DNA of 64,000 bases from Candidatus Latescibacterota bacterium (lineage in GTDB: Bacteria; Latescibacterota; UBA2968). The position numbers were made by a program, and so were the translations under genes. Each line of letters begins with the position of its first letter. Within the stretch, counting starts at the first letter, position 1. The notes under the pieces are model-generated. The model was given only the letters and a program-made list of their open reading frames with translations, did not search any database and was not told the origin of the DNA. Shown here piece by piece: positions 1-10,050 of this stretch. Where the stretch lies: NCBI GenBank assembly GCA_965222605.1, contig OZ244960.1, forward strand, positions 6,240,001-6,304,000, read 5' to 3'.

Positions 1-1
1 T

Positions 2-232
2 TTATGGACACGCGATCCTTATGTTTTTTCAGGTGAAAGCTGGGGCATTATTTATGTTTTACACGATTTTTCGGGTCTGTGTTTTATTCCGCTGATTATG
101 ATGCATGTTTATTTTGCGATACGGCCCGAGAAACTCTTTTATACGCGATCGATGATTAAAGGATGGATTACAGACGAGGAATATCGCGCACATCACGATC
201 CTGAAAAGTGGGATGCAAAAAGAAAGGGCTAA
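2..232 (+). CDS. 3' end of a cytochrome b / formate dehydrogenase gamma-subunit-like membrane protein (partial)
   Basis: Open frame from the window edge: ...WGIIYVLHDFSGLCFIPLIMMHVYFAIRPEKLFYTRSMIKGWITDEEYRAHH...; two His in a TM helix and the SMxxGW..H tail typical of FdnI-like cytochrome b. Confidence 0.7.
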   Translation, partial: LWTRDPYVFSGESWGIIYVLHDFSGLCFIPLIMMHVYFAIRPEKLFYTRSMIKGWITDEEYRAHHDPEKWDAKRKG

Positions 233-239
233 TCAACGC

Positions 240-620
240 ATGGCAGATGTTTTCTCAGAGTGGGCGCAATATATTGAGGCGATTGAGTCGGGCTATGAAT
301 TGATGCTGGCTTATGCCGCACAGGGTATAGAGGGAGATGACGGCCCAGACTCGCAGATACGACACGCATTAAAAGAGATGAATGACGCGCTCGGTAATCT
401 GGGAGAATCCGCAGCGCGTATCGCAAGAGAAAAGGGGCTTACGGATTATCGGGATTTTTTGGACGCGATGGATGTCGATGCCCAAAAAGCACAGGCGGGC
501 ATCAATCTCGTACTCGGAAAGTCCGCCATCAGTTCCCAGTTGATCGACAACTTAAATGCCTCTATTCATTTGCGCGCGCTGCTGACCGATCTGTTTTTGA
601 TCGATGAGGCTTTGAAATGA
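240..620 (+). CDS. conserved hypothetical alpha-helical protein
   Basis: ORF 213..620; ATG at 240 follows the upstream stop by 7 nt; IEAIESGYELMLAYAAQG / SSQLIDNLNASIHLRALLTDLFLIDE. Confidence 0.7.
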   Translation: MADVFSEWAQYIEAIESGYELMLAYAAQGIEGDDGPDSQIRHALKEMNDALGNLGESAARIAREKGLTDYRDFLDAMDVDAQKAQAGINLVLGKSAISSQLIDNLNASIHLRALLTDLFLIDEALK

Positions 621-644
621 GATTGTAGATTTTATGTTTTATCT

Positions 645-679
645 AAAAAGGTCGTGAATATGACTCACGGCCTTTTTTT
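645..679. terminator. bidirectional intrinsic terminator
   Basis: AAAAAGGTCGTGA-atatgac-TCACGGCCTTTTTTT between convergent genes. Confidence 0.75.
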
Positions 680-716
680 GTAGCAATGAAGTTTGTCTGA
701 AGGTGAGTATTGAGTC

Positions 717-1547
717 TCAGGGGCACTCGCCGCGTGTAAGCCTGCTCTGGATGTCGTCTAATACAGCCGGCACATCCCAGATGCCGTCGACGACATAGTG
801 TGCGCCAGACTGATGCATGCGCTGATATACGGCCTCGAGTTGTGTTTGCAGTACTTCGGGATCAAGGCTGTTGATTTCTTCTTCGTTTAGACCGATTTCA
901 TTCCCTGTTTTTGCAAGTCCTATGGTCCACATGCCGGCATTGAGACCCTCTTCGATGCCGGGGATCGTGTCATCGACTTTGACACAGGCTGCAAAGGGGT
1001 ACACGCCCAGTTGCATGGCATTTTGCACACACATCCACGGTGCTGGACGGCCTTCGGGAACGTCGGTTGCGCACACAGTTGCATCGGGTTCGTAACCGCG
1101 CTTTTTGGCTTCTTTCTGCAATAGTGCCATCATTTCGCCTGTATATCCGGTGGTTGATCCTATTTTTAATCCGCGCTTGCGAAACTCGGCAACGGCTTCC
1201 AGTGTACCGGGAATCAAATCGGCGTATTCAGCCAGACAACTCAGTTGCATGGGCACAAATGCTTCAAACATCTCATCGATATCCGATTCCTGCGGTGGGC
1301 GATTGTAGGTCTCTTCCCAGCGCTGGTGTACAGATTCGATTTGAGATATTTTGTGGATGTGGACTTTTTTATGCGCCCCCATTGGCGCACGCGCCTCGGA
1401 CATGCTGATAGGTACTCGCATGCGTTCATACACCTGGCGAAAAACCACAGCAGGCGCGTAACATCCGTAATCCATTGTGGTTCCTGCCCAATCTAACAAA
1501 ATGGCTTTTAGCACACCGCGATATGTACGTCGAAAATAAAAATCCAT
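717..1547 (-). CDS. phnX: phosphonoacetaldehyde hydrolase (phosphonatase, HAD family)
   Basis: DWAGTTMDYGC.AP, ARAPMGAHK (Schiff-base Lys region), GRPAPWM, VKVDDTIPGIEEGLNAGMWT. Confidence 0.95.
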   Translation of the reverse strand: MDFYFRRTYRGVLKAILLDWAGTTMDYGCYAPAVVFRQVYERMRVPISMSEARAPMGAHKKVHIHKISQIESVHQRWEETYNRPPQESDIDEMFEAFVPMQLSCLAEYADLIPGTLEAVAEFRKRGLKIGSTTGYTGEMMALLQKEAKKRGYEPDATVCATDVPEGRPAPWMCVQNAMQLGVYPFAACVKVDDTIPGIEEGLNAGMWTIGLAKTGNEIGLNEEEINSLDPEVLQTQLEAVYQRMHQSGAHYVVDGIWDVPAVLDDIQSRLTRGECP

Positions 1548-1614
1548 TTTCTGTCCTTTCTGGTTCGAGAAAAAAATAAAGTGTCGGTATAGAGATCAAT
1601 ACATAAGGCGAATT

Positions 1615-2751
1615 GTGAAACAGATTACCTACATGGCACCCGGGGCTATTGAGACTGTGCGGTCTTTGTTAGATGATAGAGTTGCGCACTCCGTCTTTGT
1701 TGTGGCTGATCGCACAGCCTACGATAAATCTGGCGCAAGAATGTATCTAAAATCCGCATTACAGGGGCGAGTCCAGGCCATCTTTGATGATTTCGCGCCC
1801 AATCCCAAATACGCCGATGTGATGCGCGGTGTCAAATTCTGGCACACGCATCCTTGTGATATCATGATAGCTATAGGTGGTGGGTCCGCAATTGATATGG
1901 CCAAGCTCATTGGCATTTGCGGTACACATCGCGGGCAATACCGCGAACTTCTTACAGGGGAGATACCGATTCGGGATAAGGCCGCACCGTTAATCGCCAT
2001 TCCCACCACAGCGGGTACGGGAAGTGAAGCGACGCATTTTGCTGTGGTTTATGTTGGGGGACAGAAATATTCCGTTGTACACGCCAATGTGCTGCCCGAC
2101 TACGCAATTATCGATCCCAATCTGACGGCCAATTTGCCGCCTTCTATTACCGCACATACTGGCCTGGACGCACTGTCACAGGCTGTTGAATCTTTGTGGA
2201 GTGTGAATGCAACCGCGCAATCGCGTGTTTTTGCAAGCGAAGCTCTGAGGCTGGTGCTCGATAATCTCGAGGCCGCTGTTCACCGTCCCACACTCGATGT
2301 GCGTGCTAATATGTGTCGCGCTGCTCATCTATCGGGTAAAGCGATTAATATCAGCAAGACCACAGCACCTCACGCGATTTCCTATACGCTCACATCTCAA
2401 TTTGGTGTGCCTCACGGTTTGGCTGTGGCTCTGACATTGGGTGCAGTTTTAATATACAACAATGGGGTAACCAGTGGTGATTGTTGGCATCCCAAAGGTG
2501 TTGCTCAAGTTCAGAATGATATCAGAGGTATCAACAGGCTGATAGGGGTTGAGAGTTCTGAAGAAGCGCGAAAACACATTGACGATCTCATCAGCACCAT
2601 TGGTTGTCCAACCCGTCTGCGACAGATCGGTGTGGATACTGCTGCAGACCTGGAAACAATTGTGCAGAATGTCAATACGGAACGTCTAAAAAACAATCCC
2701 CGCGCCCTGTCACAGTTTGAGCTAAGACGGATACTCCGTGAAATCCATTAA
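1615..2751 (+). CDS. iron-containing (group III) alcohol dehydrogenase, phosphonoacetaldehyde-reductase-like
   Basis: GGGSAIDMAK, IPTTAGTGSEATHFAV, DALSQAVES, HLSGKAINISKTTAPHAISY, VPHG, RLKNNPR. Confidence 0.85.
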   Translation: MKQITYMAPGAIETVRSLLDDRVAHSVFVVADRTAYDKSGARMYLKSALQGRVQAIFDDFAPNPKYADVMRGVKFWHTHPCDIMIAIGGGSAIDMAKLIGICGTHRGQYRELLTGEIPIRDKAAPLIAIPTTAGTGSEATHFAVVYVGGQKYSVVHANVLPDYAIIDPNLTANLPPSITAHTGLDALSQAVESLWSVNATAQSRVFASEALRLVLDNLEAAVHRPTLDVRANMCRAAHLSGKAINISKTTAPHAISYTLTSQFGVPHGLAVALTLGAVLIYNNGVTSGDCWHPKGVAQVQNDIRGINRLIGVESSEEARKHIDDLISTIGCPTRLRQIGVDTAADLETIVQNVNTERLKNNPRALSQFELRRILREIH

Positions 2752-2982
2752 ATCAAAATGAGATGACTCAAACATTGCCCGAAAGTCGAGAGCGCGCTCC
2801 CAAACCGGTTACGCCAGATAGTGGGTAGAGGTAAGATACGACATCCCTGAAGAGAAAATTTTATAGACGAATTGGATTTGTGATGGCAAATTCCGCGTTT
2901 TGTATTATAATTTGTAGTAAATTGGCAGTTCCTAACATTAATAAAACAGACCCGAAATTTCTCAAATTAACGGAGCACATCC

Positions 2983-3468
2983 TTGGAACACAAAGCACAC
3001 ATTGAGGTTGCTAAACCTCCAGGTACACCAGCTAAAGAGAAAGGGGATTTACTTGAAGAGTTAGCAGCGGATCTCTTAAGAATACAGAACTATGATGTCA
3101 CTGAACAACTGCGATTAACCGCTACTGAGCTTGACCTCTTGTGTGAACATCAAGTTAACCGCAAGACCGTTTATGTAGAGTGTAAAGCACACCGAGGACC
3201 TATCAGCGCGGATGTTTTAACTAAGCTATTAGGCACGTTAGAGCTCAAAGGTTATCAAGCGATTGGGAGGTTTGTAAACCAAAAGTTTGAACGTAATTGG
3301 TCTGATAGCTCGGAAATACGTGTGGGAAATGCCCTTCTTCAATGGGCATCCTGGGTTAAAAAAGGAATAGAACAAAAAAGAATTCCCAAACCACCAGGTC
3401 GCATAAAAACAGAACCGGAAAATCAGCTTAGGCTATTTCAGATGGGGGAAAGTACGCATACTCTATAA
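2983..3468 (+). pseudogene. truncated/chimeric Mrr-like PD-(D/E)XK restriction endonuclease domain
   Basis: KGDLLEELAADLL...ELDLL...YVECKAH motif, then an abrupt switch to an unrelated C-terminus after LKGYQ. Confidence 0.55.
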
Positions 3469-3528
3469 CTCATCCCTAGCGAAATGGAAGTATCCGACCT
3501 CGAAATCTCAAGGAAAGGCAAGATACTC

Positions 3529-3804
3529 ATGCTCCAGATTGAAATTCACTCACGCGACCTCGAAAAAGAGGTGAACGCCCTAATCGATGCGGGGCTTTAT
3601 GCCGACTCGCACGCGTTGATGACCGATGCTCTTGAAAAATTGGTCACTACCAAAAAAGAATCTCGCCTTGATGCCGCAATTTTGCTTTATCAACAGCATG
3701 AAGTGACACTCGCCAGAGCTGCGGAATTGGCCGGGATCCACCGTTTTGAGTTTGAAGCTGCGTTGGAAACGAAAGGTATCTCGAAAATCGTAGAAGCCGA
3801 TTAA
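3529..3804 (+). CDS. UPF0175-family antitoxin-like protein (possibly prematurely stopped)
   Basis: AAILLYQQHEVTLARAAELAGIHRFEFEAAL; frame continues TEALQAGVSLIK after the TAA. Confidence 0.75.
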   Translation: MLQIEIHSRDLEKEVNALIDAGLYADSHALMTDALEKLVTTKKESRLDAAILLYQQHEVTLARAAELAGIHRFEFEAALETKGISKIVEAD

Positions 3805-3881
3805 ACCGAAGCCTTGCAAGCAGGCGTTTCACTCATTAAATGACAGTAGAAATCAAACGACAGCACCAAAGGGACTTAGTC

Positions 3882-4373
3882 GTGGTTTTTGTTGATACAG
3901 ATGTGCTTTCCATATTCGCTAAAATTCAACGGCTTCCCTTGTTGTTTACCGTCTTTAATGAAGACCATCTCAATATTTCCACCACTGTAGAGAGCGAACT
4001 TCAAACGGGCATCGCTAAGGGGTTTGACTTTGCACAAAACGTCATAGCATTGCATTCCCAAGGGAAAATCGTAACATATCATCCGACAGCTGTTGACCAA
4101 CGGTTCACTGCGACCTTGCCCAAGACGCTTGGTTCGGGAGAACGCGAGTCAATGGCGATTTGTAAACGGTTGAATGCCATCTTTGTTAGCAACGAGCGAC
4201 GGGTTAAACATCACTGTCGGAAAAATGGGATAGATTGCGTCAATCTATCCGAAATTTTGCGTGCACTATGGGAACGTGGAATTTTGATGCAAGCCGATGT
4301 GAGAAAGGTCATCAGTGAGATCGAGACAAAAGACAATCTTAAATTTCGAACAACAGACCCAATTTTCAAATGA
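3882..4373 (+). CDS. PIN-domain protein (DUF3368-like toxin)
   Basis: VFVDTDVLS, LGSGERESMAIC, VSNERR; downstream of the UPF0175 gene; GTG start inferred. Confidence 0.8.
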   Translation: MVFVDTDVLSIFAKIQRLPLLFTVFNEDHLNISTTVESELQTGIAKGFDFAQNVIALHSQGKIVTYHPTAVDQRFTATLPKTLGSGERESMAICKRLNAIFVSNERRVKHHCRKNGIDCVNLSEILRALWERGILMQADVRKVISEIETKDNLKFRTTDPIFK

Positions 4374-4440
4374 ACTCCATATAACGAACCTCATCAAACA
4401 CCCCGCCTTCGCCATCGTTTTTCTAGATGCGACACGCTTT

Positions 4441-5844
4441 TTATACAGTAAATTCTGGTCGGCCCAGGGCGTCAGTGGATTCTTGGCGCTGGTAAATAGG
4501 GATCTCGCCGCTGGCATCTTCGAGAATACGGCGTTTTGCTCGTTCGATTCTGTCTGCGGCTCTTTCGGCGATGTTCTGGGTGCAATCCGGGTCTGATTCC
4601 AGGTCGAAGACGCGAGGGCCAGAAAAGTCTGCCTGGGAAAAAAACCATGTGGTCTGGTCTTTGTACCAGACAGAATTGCTATAACGGCAGGTCAGATAGT
4701 CTCGCTCGCTGAAAGTGCCTGAGGATTTCACGATGGGTAGCAGGCTTTGTCCGTCGATTTGCCCAAGTGGTGAAACACCGGAAAGATCGAGCACTGTCGC
4801 GGGTATATCGAGGGTATAGACAAAGGCGTCGGAGATAGTTCCAGCGCCTTTATTTTGTGGGTGTCGCAAGATCATCGGGATGCACATGGTACCCGGATAC
4901 ATATATTCTGCGGGTTTGCCGGTTACGCCTTCGGCATTGTCGGCGAAATTTGTGCCGTGGTCGCTTAAAAAAATGACCATGGTATTATCCCGCAAGCCCA
5001 CTCTGTCGATTGTATCGACCAGTCGTCCGAACCAGGTATCCACCATTGTGACGAGTCCGGCATAATTGGCGCGAATAGAAATGAGCCGATCTTCGTAGTC
5101 GGGATTGGCGCTCAGAGGAGCATAAGGCACATTGAGACAAATAGGTTCTCTGTCTTCGCGGCTGCCATACAGGTCGTAGTAGTGGAGCGGTGCTTCCCAG
5201 GTTTCGTGGGGGGTAAAGCTATCGACGTAGAGGTAAAAAGGCGTGTTTGAAGCGTTTTGCTCAAGGAATTCAATGGCAGCGCGAAATGTCCGTGCGGTGG
5301 GCCAGATCTCTTCGGGACGATGGGGTTGCACATTGACCAGATGGGCGCGGATCAGATTTTCGGTCTGTCCTTTTCTGAGCTTGTAACATTCGATCAATGC
5401 CGGGTCTGCTGCGGCTATGGCGCGATAGCGATCCTCGGCCTGGCCGCGAATGAATTGCCACTGGCGAAAGCCCCGTGTAAAATTCATTCCAGGGACAAAG
5501 TAATGGGGAACATCGGCAAAGAAACCGGTGTGATAATCGCTCTGCACAAGTGCTTCGGCGATTGTGCCCTCATCTGTTGACATAGGCTGCCATCCGGCAA
5601 TATAGACATTGTCCCAGGGAACGGGACGATAGTCTTTAAAGGGGAAGGCTCTGCGCCCAGTGTGAAGGGTTCGCCGAGTTGGAATGGTGGGCAGGCACTC
5701 GGGATGGGCATTGGTGAAGCGCACGCCCTCTTCGGCAAATTGGTCGAGGTTTGGCGTGTGGACCCAGTCGTTTCCATAAGCACCCAGGAATGATGTGCGA
5801 AATGTATCGGCTACGATGACGACGATGTTCATAGGGTTTGACAT
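4441..5844 (-). CDS. sulfatase-like hydrolase (alkaline phosphatase superfamily)
   Basis: NIVVIVADTFR, TPNLD, PTIPTRRTLHTGR, PHETW, IFLSDHG. Confidence 0.85.
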   Translation of the reverse strand: MSNPMNIVVIVADTFRTSFLGAYGNDWVHTPNLDQFAEEGVRFTNAHPECLPTIPTRRTLHTGRRAFPFKDYRPVPWDNVYIAGWQPMSTDEGTIAEALVQSDYHTGFFADVPHYFVPGMNFTRGFRQWQFIRGQAEDRYRAIAAADPALIECYKLRKGQTENLIRAHLVNVQPHRPEEIWPTARTFRAAIEFLEQNASNTPFYLYVDSFTPHETWEAPLHYYDLYGSREDREPICLNVPYAPLSANPDYEDRLISIRANYAGLVTMVDTWFGRLVDTIDRVGLRDNTMVIFLSDHGTNFADNAEGVTGKPAEYMYPGTMCIPMILRHPQNKGAGTISDAFVYTLDIPATVLDLSGVSPLGQIDGQSLLPIVKSSGTFSERDYLTCRYSNSVWYKDQTTWFFSQADFSGPRVFDLESDPDCTQNIAERAADRIERAKRRILEDASGEIPIYQRQESTDALGRPEFTV

Positions 5845-5888
5845 TGGGAAATCTCCTTTGGGAAGAGCAGTATGCAAGTGTATTAAAA

Positions 5889-6935
5889 CTATGTTTTTCC
5901 AGGTGCATTCTGTAGTTGTTCATTTCCCCAAGGAAATGATTGCACTTTCAGAGATCGATCCACGTCTGAAAGGGCGATTTTTGCGCCCCCTTGCTTTGAG
6001 GAGTGGTGGATGGCGAATCCGATCTCTGTGGCCCTGCGTGCATGGTTGATATCACAGGCCGTGCGGCTACCCGTTTTAATGGCCTGAACGAGATCGCGCA
6101 CCATTGCCGATCCTGTTGGCCACAGTTCTTCGTCTGTGGGAAGACTGAGGGGCTGGTACGCATCTTCTCGATAGAGATGGGCGTGCGTTGCGTCAGAGAG
6201 GATGGATAGATGACCGTTTGTTCCAGTGATTTGAAAACCGGGGCCTTTGCCGCCATCTGTTGTAATGTAGGCGACTACGCCGTTGTCCAGACCTATTTGA
6301 GCACGCGCAGGCGGGTCGAGTTTGCGGCGTTCATCGTCCGAATTGCCGTGGTCAATTAAACCACTGACCCATAAGGGTTCGGGATCGCCCAATAAGCCCA
6401 GCAAGGCGTCGTACCAATGGCAGCCGTGGTTGATGGTATTGGGCAGGCCATAAGCGACGAGACTTGTGATGGTTCCGATGAGGCCGCTCATATTCTCGCG
6501 AAGGTGGCGATAGGGGAGAGACCAGCGCCGGTCAAGGCCAAAGCAGAGGGGGATGTCTGCACACGCTGCGATGATGCGATCCATCTCCGCAAGGGTGGTG
6601 GCCAAAGGCTTGTCGCAGAGAATACCCCGAACGCCTGCTGTGGCAGCGGCTTCTATCTGATCGGCGTGCATGGTCTGGCGCGTGGCAATGCAGAGTACAT
6701 CTGGTTTGATCTCTTTGAGCATGTGTTCATAGTTACCGAAGGTTGGGATATCGCCCCAAACGTCCTGCCAGCAGGTGACAAATTTCGCTCGCGTTTCTGC
6801 GCCGTAATCGAATACACCGACGATCTGAGTTTCTGGAACGGTCCGAAAAGCCGCGGCAAAATTGTGATGGGTCAAATCGCGCAGCAGCATGCGATGACAG
6901 CCAGCGATGGCGACTCTCAGTTTTTTTTTAGCCAT
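5889..6935 (-). CDS. Gfo/Idh/MocA family NAD(P)-dependent oxidoreductase
   Basis: LRVAIAGC, PDVLCIAT...HAD, ILCDKPLA, NHGCHWYD. Confidence 0.85.
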   Translation of the reverse strand: MAKKKLRVAIAGCHRMLLRDLTHHNFAAAFRTVPETQIVGVFDYGAETRAKFVTCWQDVWGDIPTFGNYEHMLKEIKPDVLCIATRQTMHADQIEAAATAGVRGILCDKPLATTLAEMDRIIAACADIPLCFGLDRRWSLPYRHLRENMSGLIGTITSLVAYGLPNTINHGCHWYDALLGLLGDPEPLWVSGLIDHGNSDDERRKLDPPARAQIGLDNGVVAYITTDGGKGPGFQITGTNGHLSILSDATHAHLYREDAYQPLSLPTDEELWPTGSAMVRDLVQAIKTGSRTACDINHARRATEIGFAIHHSSKQGGAKIALSDVDRSLKVQSFPWGNEQLQNAPGKT

Positions 6936-7171
6936 TAATCCCTCCTATAAATATAATTTACGTATCGAAATCCAAATTAATATATCCAGCGACAAGAGTA
7001 AAGAGTTGAAACACTTTGAATGCCCAAACGAGATTCAGGACTTGCCCCGCCCATGATTTTGCTTATTTTTGTAAATCAAGGAACCATTGAAACAAGCTGT
7101 TGAGCAAGCCAAAAATGATTCGTCAGAATGAATTTCACAAACAAACACCAAAACAAAAAAGGAACCATCCC

Positions 7172-8278
7172 ATGCTGACGAGCCTTACAGTAACAAACTT
7201 CCGCAATCTCAAATCGGTCACGCTGGAAGGTCTTGGCCGGATAACGCTGATTGGCGGAAAAAACGGAGCAGGCAAGACCGCTCTGCTCGAAGCTCTCTGG
7301 CTACTCAGTGGTCCTGATCTCCCGGATTTAACTGCGAGGATGAACGCATTCAGGGGGATGCTTATAAGTGGTCCGGAGATTACCTTCCACGACATTTTTT
7401 GTGACTTTGATATTGGCAGGCACATCAGAATAAGTGCCCATGGAGATTGGGGTAGCCTTCCGCGTAAATTGGAGATCTATCTACAGAATCGCCAACAGAT
7501 TGACACTATTCATTCGGATGCTCTGGAAAAGGCCAGTATAGAACGCTTAACGCGACCCATAACTGAAAGTGCACTTGAGATCATGTTCAAATATCAGCAT
7601 GATAATGAAGAAGAATATGTATCGCGGGCTTGGTGGATTTTGGAACAGAAGTCGGATGACCCTGATACTTCACTGACGGAGGGTATCAGGGGGGAACGTC
7701 AAGCAATTCCCAAAAGACCTACTTCGGTATTCATGGCAGCGGTTCACAGAGAGAACCTTCAGACCACTGCATCGAGATTTAGTAGATTTCAGTTAGAAGG
7801 AATGGACAAAAAAATTCTGGAATTCATTCGTCCATTGGAACCCCGATTACAGGTATTAACGTTGATAACGATCAATAATATACCCGTCATTCACGCCTAC
7901 ATAGATGGTATGGATAGGCCAATACCAGTCCAATTGCTTGGCGAAGGCTTGAATCGAATGCTCGGACTCGTGTTGTCTATGAGCGAGGCAAGTGGCGGAT
8001 TGCTCCTGATTGACGAGATTGAAAACGGACTGCATTATAGCGTACAAGAAGAAGTGTTTTCCATCTTACTGGACTTGGCTAAATCATTTGATGTGCAGAT
8101 ATTTGCCACAACACACAGCGACGAGTGCATCCGAGCAGCGTACCGAGCTCTTAGAAAACATGGACCTCAAGAGTTGGCATTCTACCGCCTTGATCGCGTC
8201 AATGAAGAGGTCAAGGTTGTGAGTTTTGACGATGAAATGCTTGAAACGGCCACTGAATTTAACATGGAGATAAGATAA
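7172..8278 (+). CDS. AAA_21/AbiEii-type ABC-like ATPase
   Basis: Walker A GKNGAGKT, signature LGEG, Walker B LLIDEIENGLH, ATTHS. Confidence 0.85.
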   Translation: MLTSLTVTNFRNLKSVTLEGLGRITLIGGKNGAGKTALLEALWLLSGPDLPDLTARMNAFRGMLISGPEITFHDIFCDFDIGRHIRISAHGDWGSLPRKLEIYLQNRQQIDTIHSDALEKASIERLTRPITESALEIMFKYQHDNEEEYVSRAWWILEQKSDDPDTSLTEGIRGERQAIPKRPTSVFMAAVHRENLQTTASRFSRFQLEGMDKKILEFIRPLEPRLQVLTLITINNIPVIHAYIDGMDRPIPVQLLGEGLNRMLGLVLSMSEASGGLLLIDEIENGLHYSVQEEVFSILLDLAKSFDVQIFATTHSDECIRAAYRALRKHGPQELAFYRLDRVNEEVKVVSFDDEMLETATEFNMEIR

Positions 8279-8374
8279 GTGCCAGACGACCCGAAGATCA
8301 AACAACCGAAACAGGTCATTGTCGAAGGCAACGACGAAATCCGTCCTTTGAAGGACCTCCTCAAAATACTATAA
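8279..8374 (+). pseudogene. N-terminal remnant of a TOPRIM-like (DUF3226/DUF4435-type) partner
   Basis: GTG directly after the ATPase stop: MPDDPKIKQPKQVIVEGNDEIRPLKDLLKIL*. Confidence 0.65.
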
Positions 8375-8429
8375 GGCAATTATTCAAAACCAATTTTAGA
8401 AACAATCACCTCAATATTGGAGTATTAAT

Positions 8430-8870
8430 ATGGCAATTACACAGCTTGAACCCCGAGAAGCAAAAGCAGCGATGGATGAAGCGGAAAATTCTGTTTATAT
8501 CGATGTTCGCACGGAAATGGAGTTTGCTCAGGGGCATCCCGAAGGCGCTATCAATATCCCCATTGCAATCCCCGGCGCGGCGGGAATGATGCCAAATCCC
8601 GATTTTCTGAATGTTGTGCAAAAGATACTTCCCGATAAAGAGCAACCCGTTTTTTGTGGGTGTCAGGTTGGGATGCGTTCTCAGATGGCTGCGGACTTGA
8701 TGGCGCAGTTGGGGTATTCGAATCTGGCCAATGTTCAGGGCGGATTTGGTGGAAAAGTCGAAAATGGCGTTCTCGTAGTGGTGGGATGGCGCGATTCTAA
8801 TTTGCCTGTCGAAACCGATGTCAACGAGTCCAATTCTTACGCGAGTCTGAAGGCGCGGGCTGAGTCGTAG
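8430..8870 (+). CDS. rhodanese-like domain protein
   Basis: IDVRTEMEFAQGHPEGAINIP, GCQVGMRS, NVQGGF. Confidence 0.9.
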   Translation: MAITQLEPREAKAAMDEAENSVYIDVRTEMEFAQGHPEGAINIPIAIPGAAGMMPNPDFLNVVQKILPDKEQPVFCGCQVGMRSQMAADLMAQLGYSNLANVQGGFGGKVENGVLVVVGWRDSNLPVETDVNESNSYASLKARAES

Positions 8871-8951
8871 GGAGACCAGACCATCAGGTGTTTCATTTGA
8901 TGGAAATTGGGATATAAATCCTGTTCAATATTGTGGCAGAGGCAGTTACGA

Positions 8952-9998
8952 GTGATCAGACCAAAGAACACACAAGCGCGCGAGGCATTTGTTGCAGCAG
9001 CAGATTTGCAGGCCGGCAGTCAGGTTTTGGATCTCGGCTGGGAGGGAGACTGCCTCGAATACTTACAGAAAACAGGTGCGCTGGTGACTTTTGTGGGAGA
9101 GGATATTCGCGCTGTGCAAAAGGCAGAAGCTCTTCGGATAAATGGGGTGCTCGGTGAAATGCCCGCACAGATAGTTTCCAATGTACAGGTTGTATTGTAC
9201 AAACCCACACAGAGATCTGCTAAGGGTCAGGTATTTGAATGGATTGATCAGGGTTTTCGAGCACTTGAAAGGGGTGGCGCGCTTTATCTGGCCGGGCAGC
9301 GAAATCGCGGCATTAGAAGTTATGTCGCATATTTGCATGCTGTTTTTGGCAATAGCAAACGCGTAGGGCGCGTGGGCAGAGTGGAAATTTACAGCGCGAA
9401 AAAAAAGCAGAACGATCCTTTGCAAGCACCAGTTGACAATCGAATGACATTTGAATTGCGCGATTTGCCGGGCAGTCCATACGGCGTTGAAACTCGTGCG
9501 GGCGTTTTTTCGAGGGATGGACTCGATAACGGGACGAGGTTGCTAATCGACTGCATGGAAGTTCGGCCCACCGACCGTGTACTGGACTGGGGGTGTGGCT
9601 GGGGCGCACTTGGCATGGTTGCTGCGCGTCTATCTGCAAAAGGCAATGCAACGCTCGTCGATTCAAATATTCGCGCTATTTCCTGTGCAAAGGAAAATTT
9701 GAGGCGAAATCGAATTTGCAATGCAGTGACTCGTGTGGTAGATGCTCGCGTTTTTGACCCGCGCGAAAAATTCGATCTCATTGTTTCAAACCCGCCCTTT
9801 CACGATGGCAATTCAGCGGCACACCCCCTTATTGAGGGTGCTTTTCGGGCACTGCGACCGGAAGGGCGTTTGATGCTTGTTGTGATGCGTCCAGAAGCGT
9901 ATCTGAAACATATCCGCAGGGTTTTTGGGCAGGGGAATGTCAATGTCATGGCTCAAAAAGATGGATATGTCGTTCTCCATGCCCATATTGGGAACTAA
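8952..9998 (+). CDS. rsmC: RsmC-like class I SAM-dependent rRNA methyltransferase
   Basis: GVFSRDGLDNGTRLL, VLDWGCGWG, DLIVSNPPFH, degenerate N-terminal MTase-like domain; start uncertain (8907 or 8952). Confidence 0.7.
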   Translation: MIRPKNTQAREAFVAAADLQAGSQVLDLGWEGDCLEYLQKTGALVTFVGEDIRAVQKAEALRINGVLGEMPAQIVSNVQVVLYKPTQRSAKGQVFEWIDQGFRALERGGALYLAGQRNRGIRSYVAYLHAVFGNSKRVGRVGRVEIYSAKKKQNDPLQAPVDNRMTFELRDLPGSPYGVETRAGVFSRDGLDNGTRLLIDCMEVRPTDRVLDWGCGWGALGMVAARLSAKGNATLVDSNIRAISCAKENLRRNRICNAVTRVVDARVFDPREKFDLIVSNPPFHDGNSAAHPLIEGAFRALRPEGRLMLVVMRPEAYLKHIRRVFGQGNVNVMAQKDGYVVLHAHIGN

Positions 9999-10050
9999 TG
10001 TATCATACAGGCGTTTATCGCAATGAAGTATAAGGTCTGATAGTTGGACA

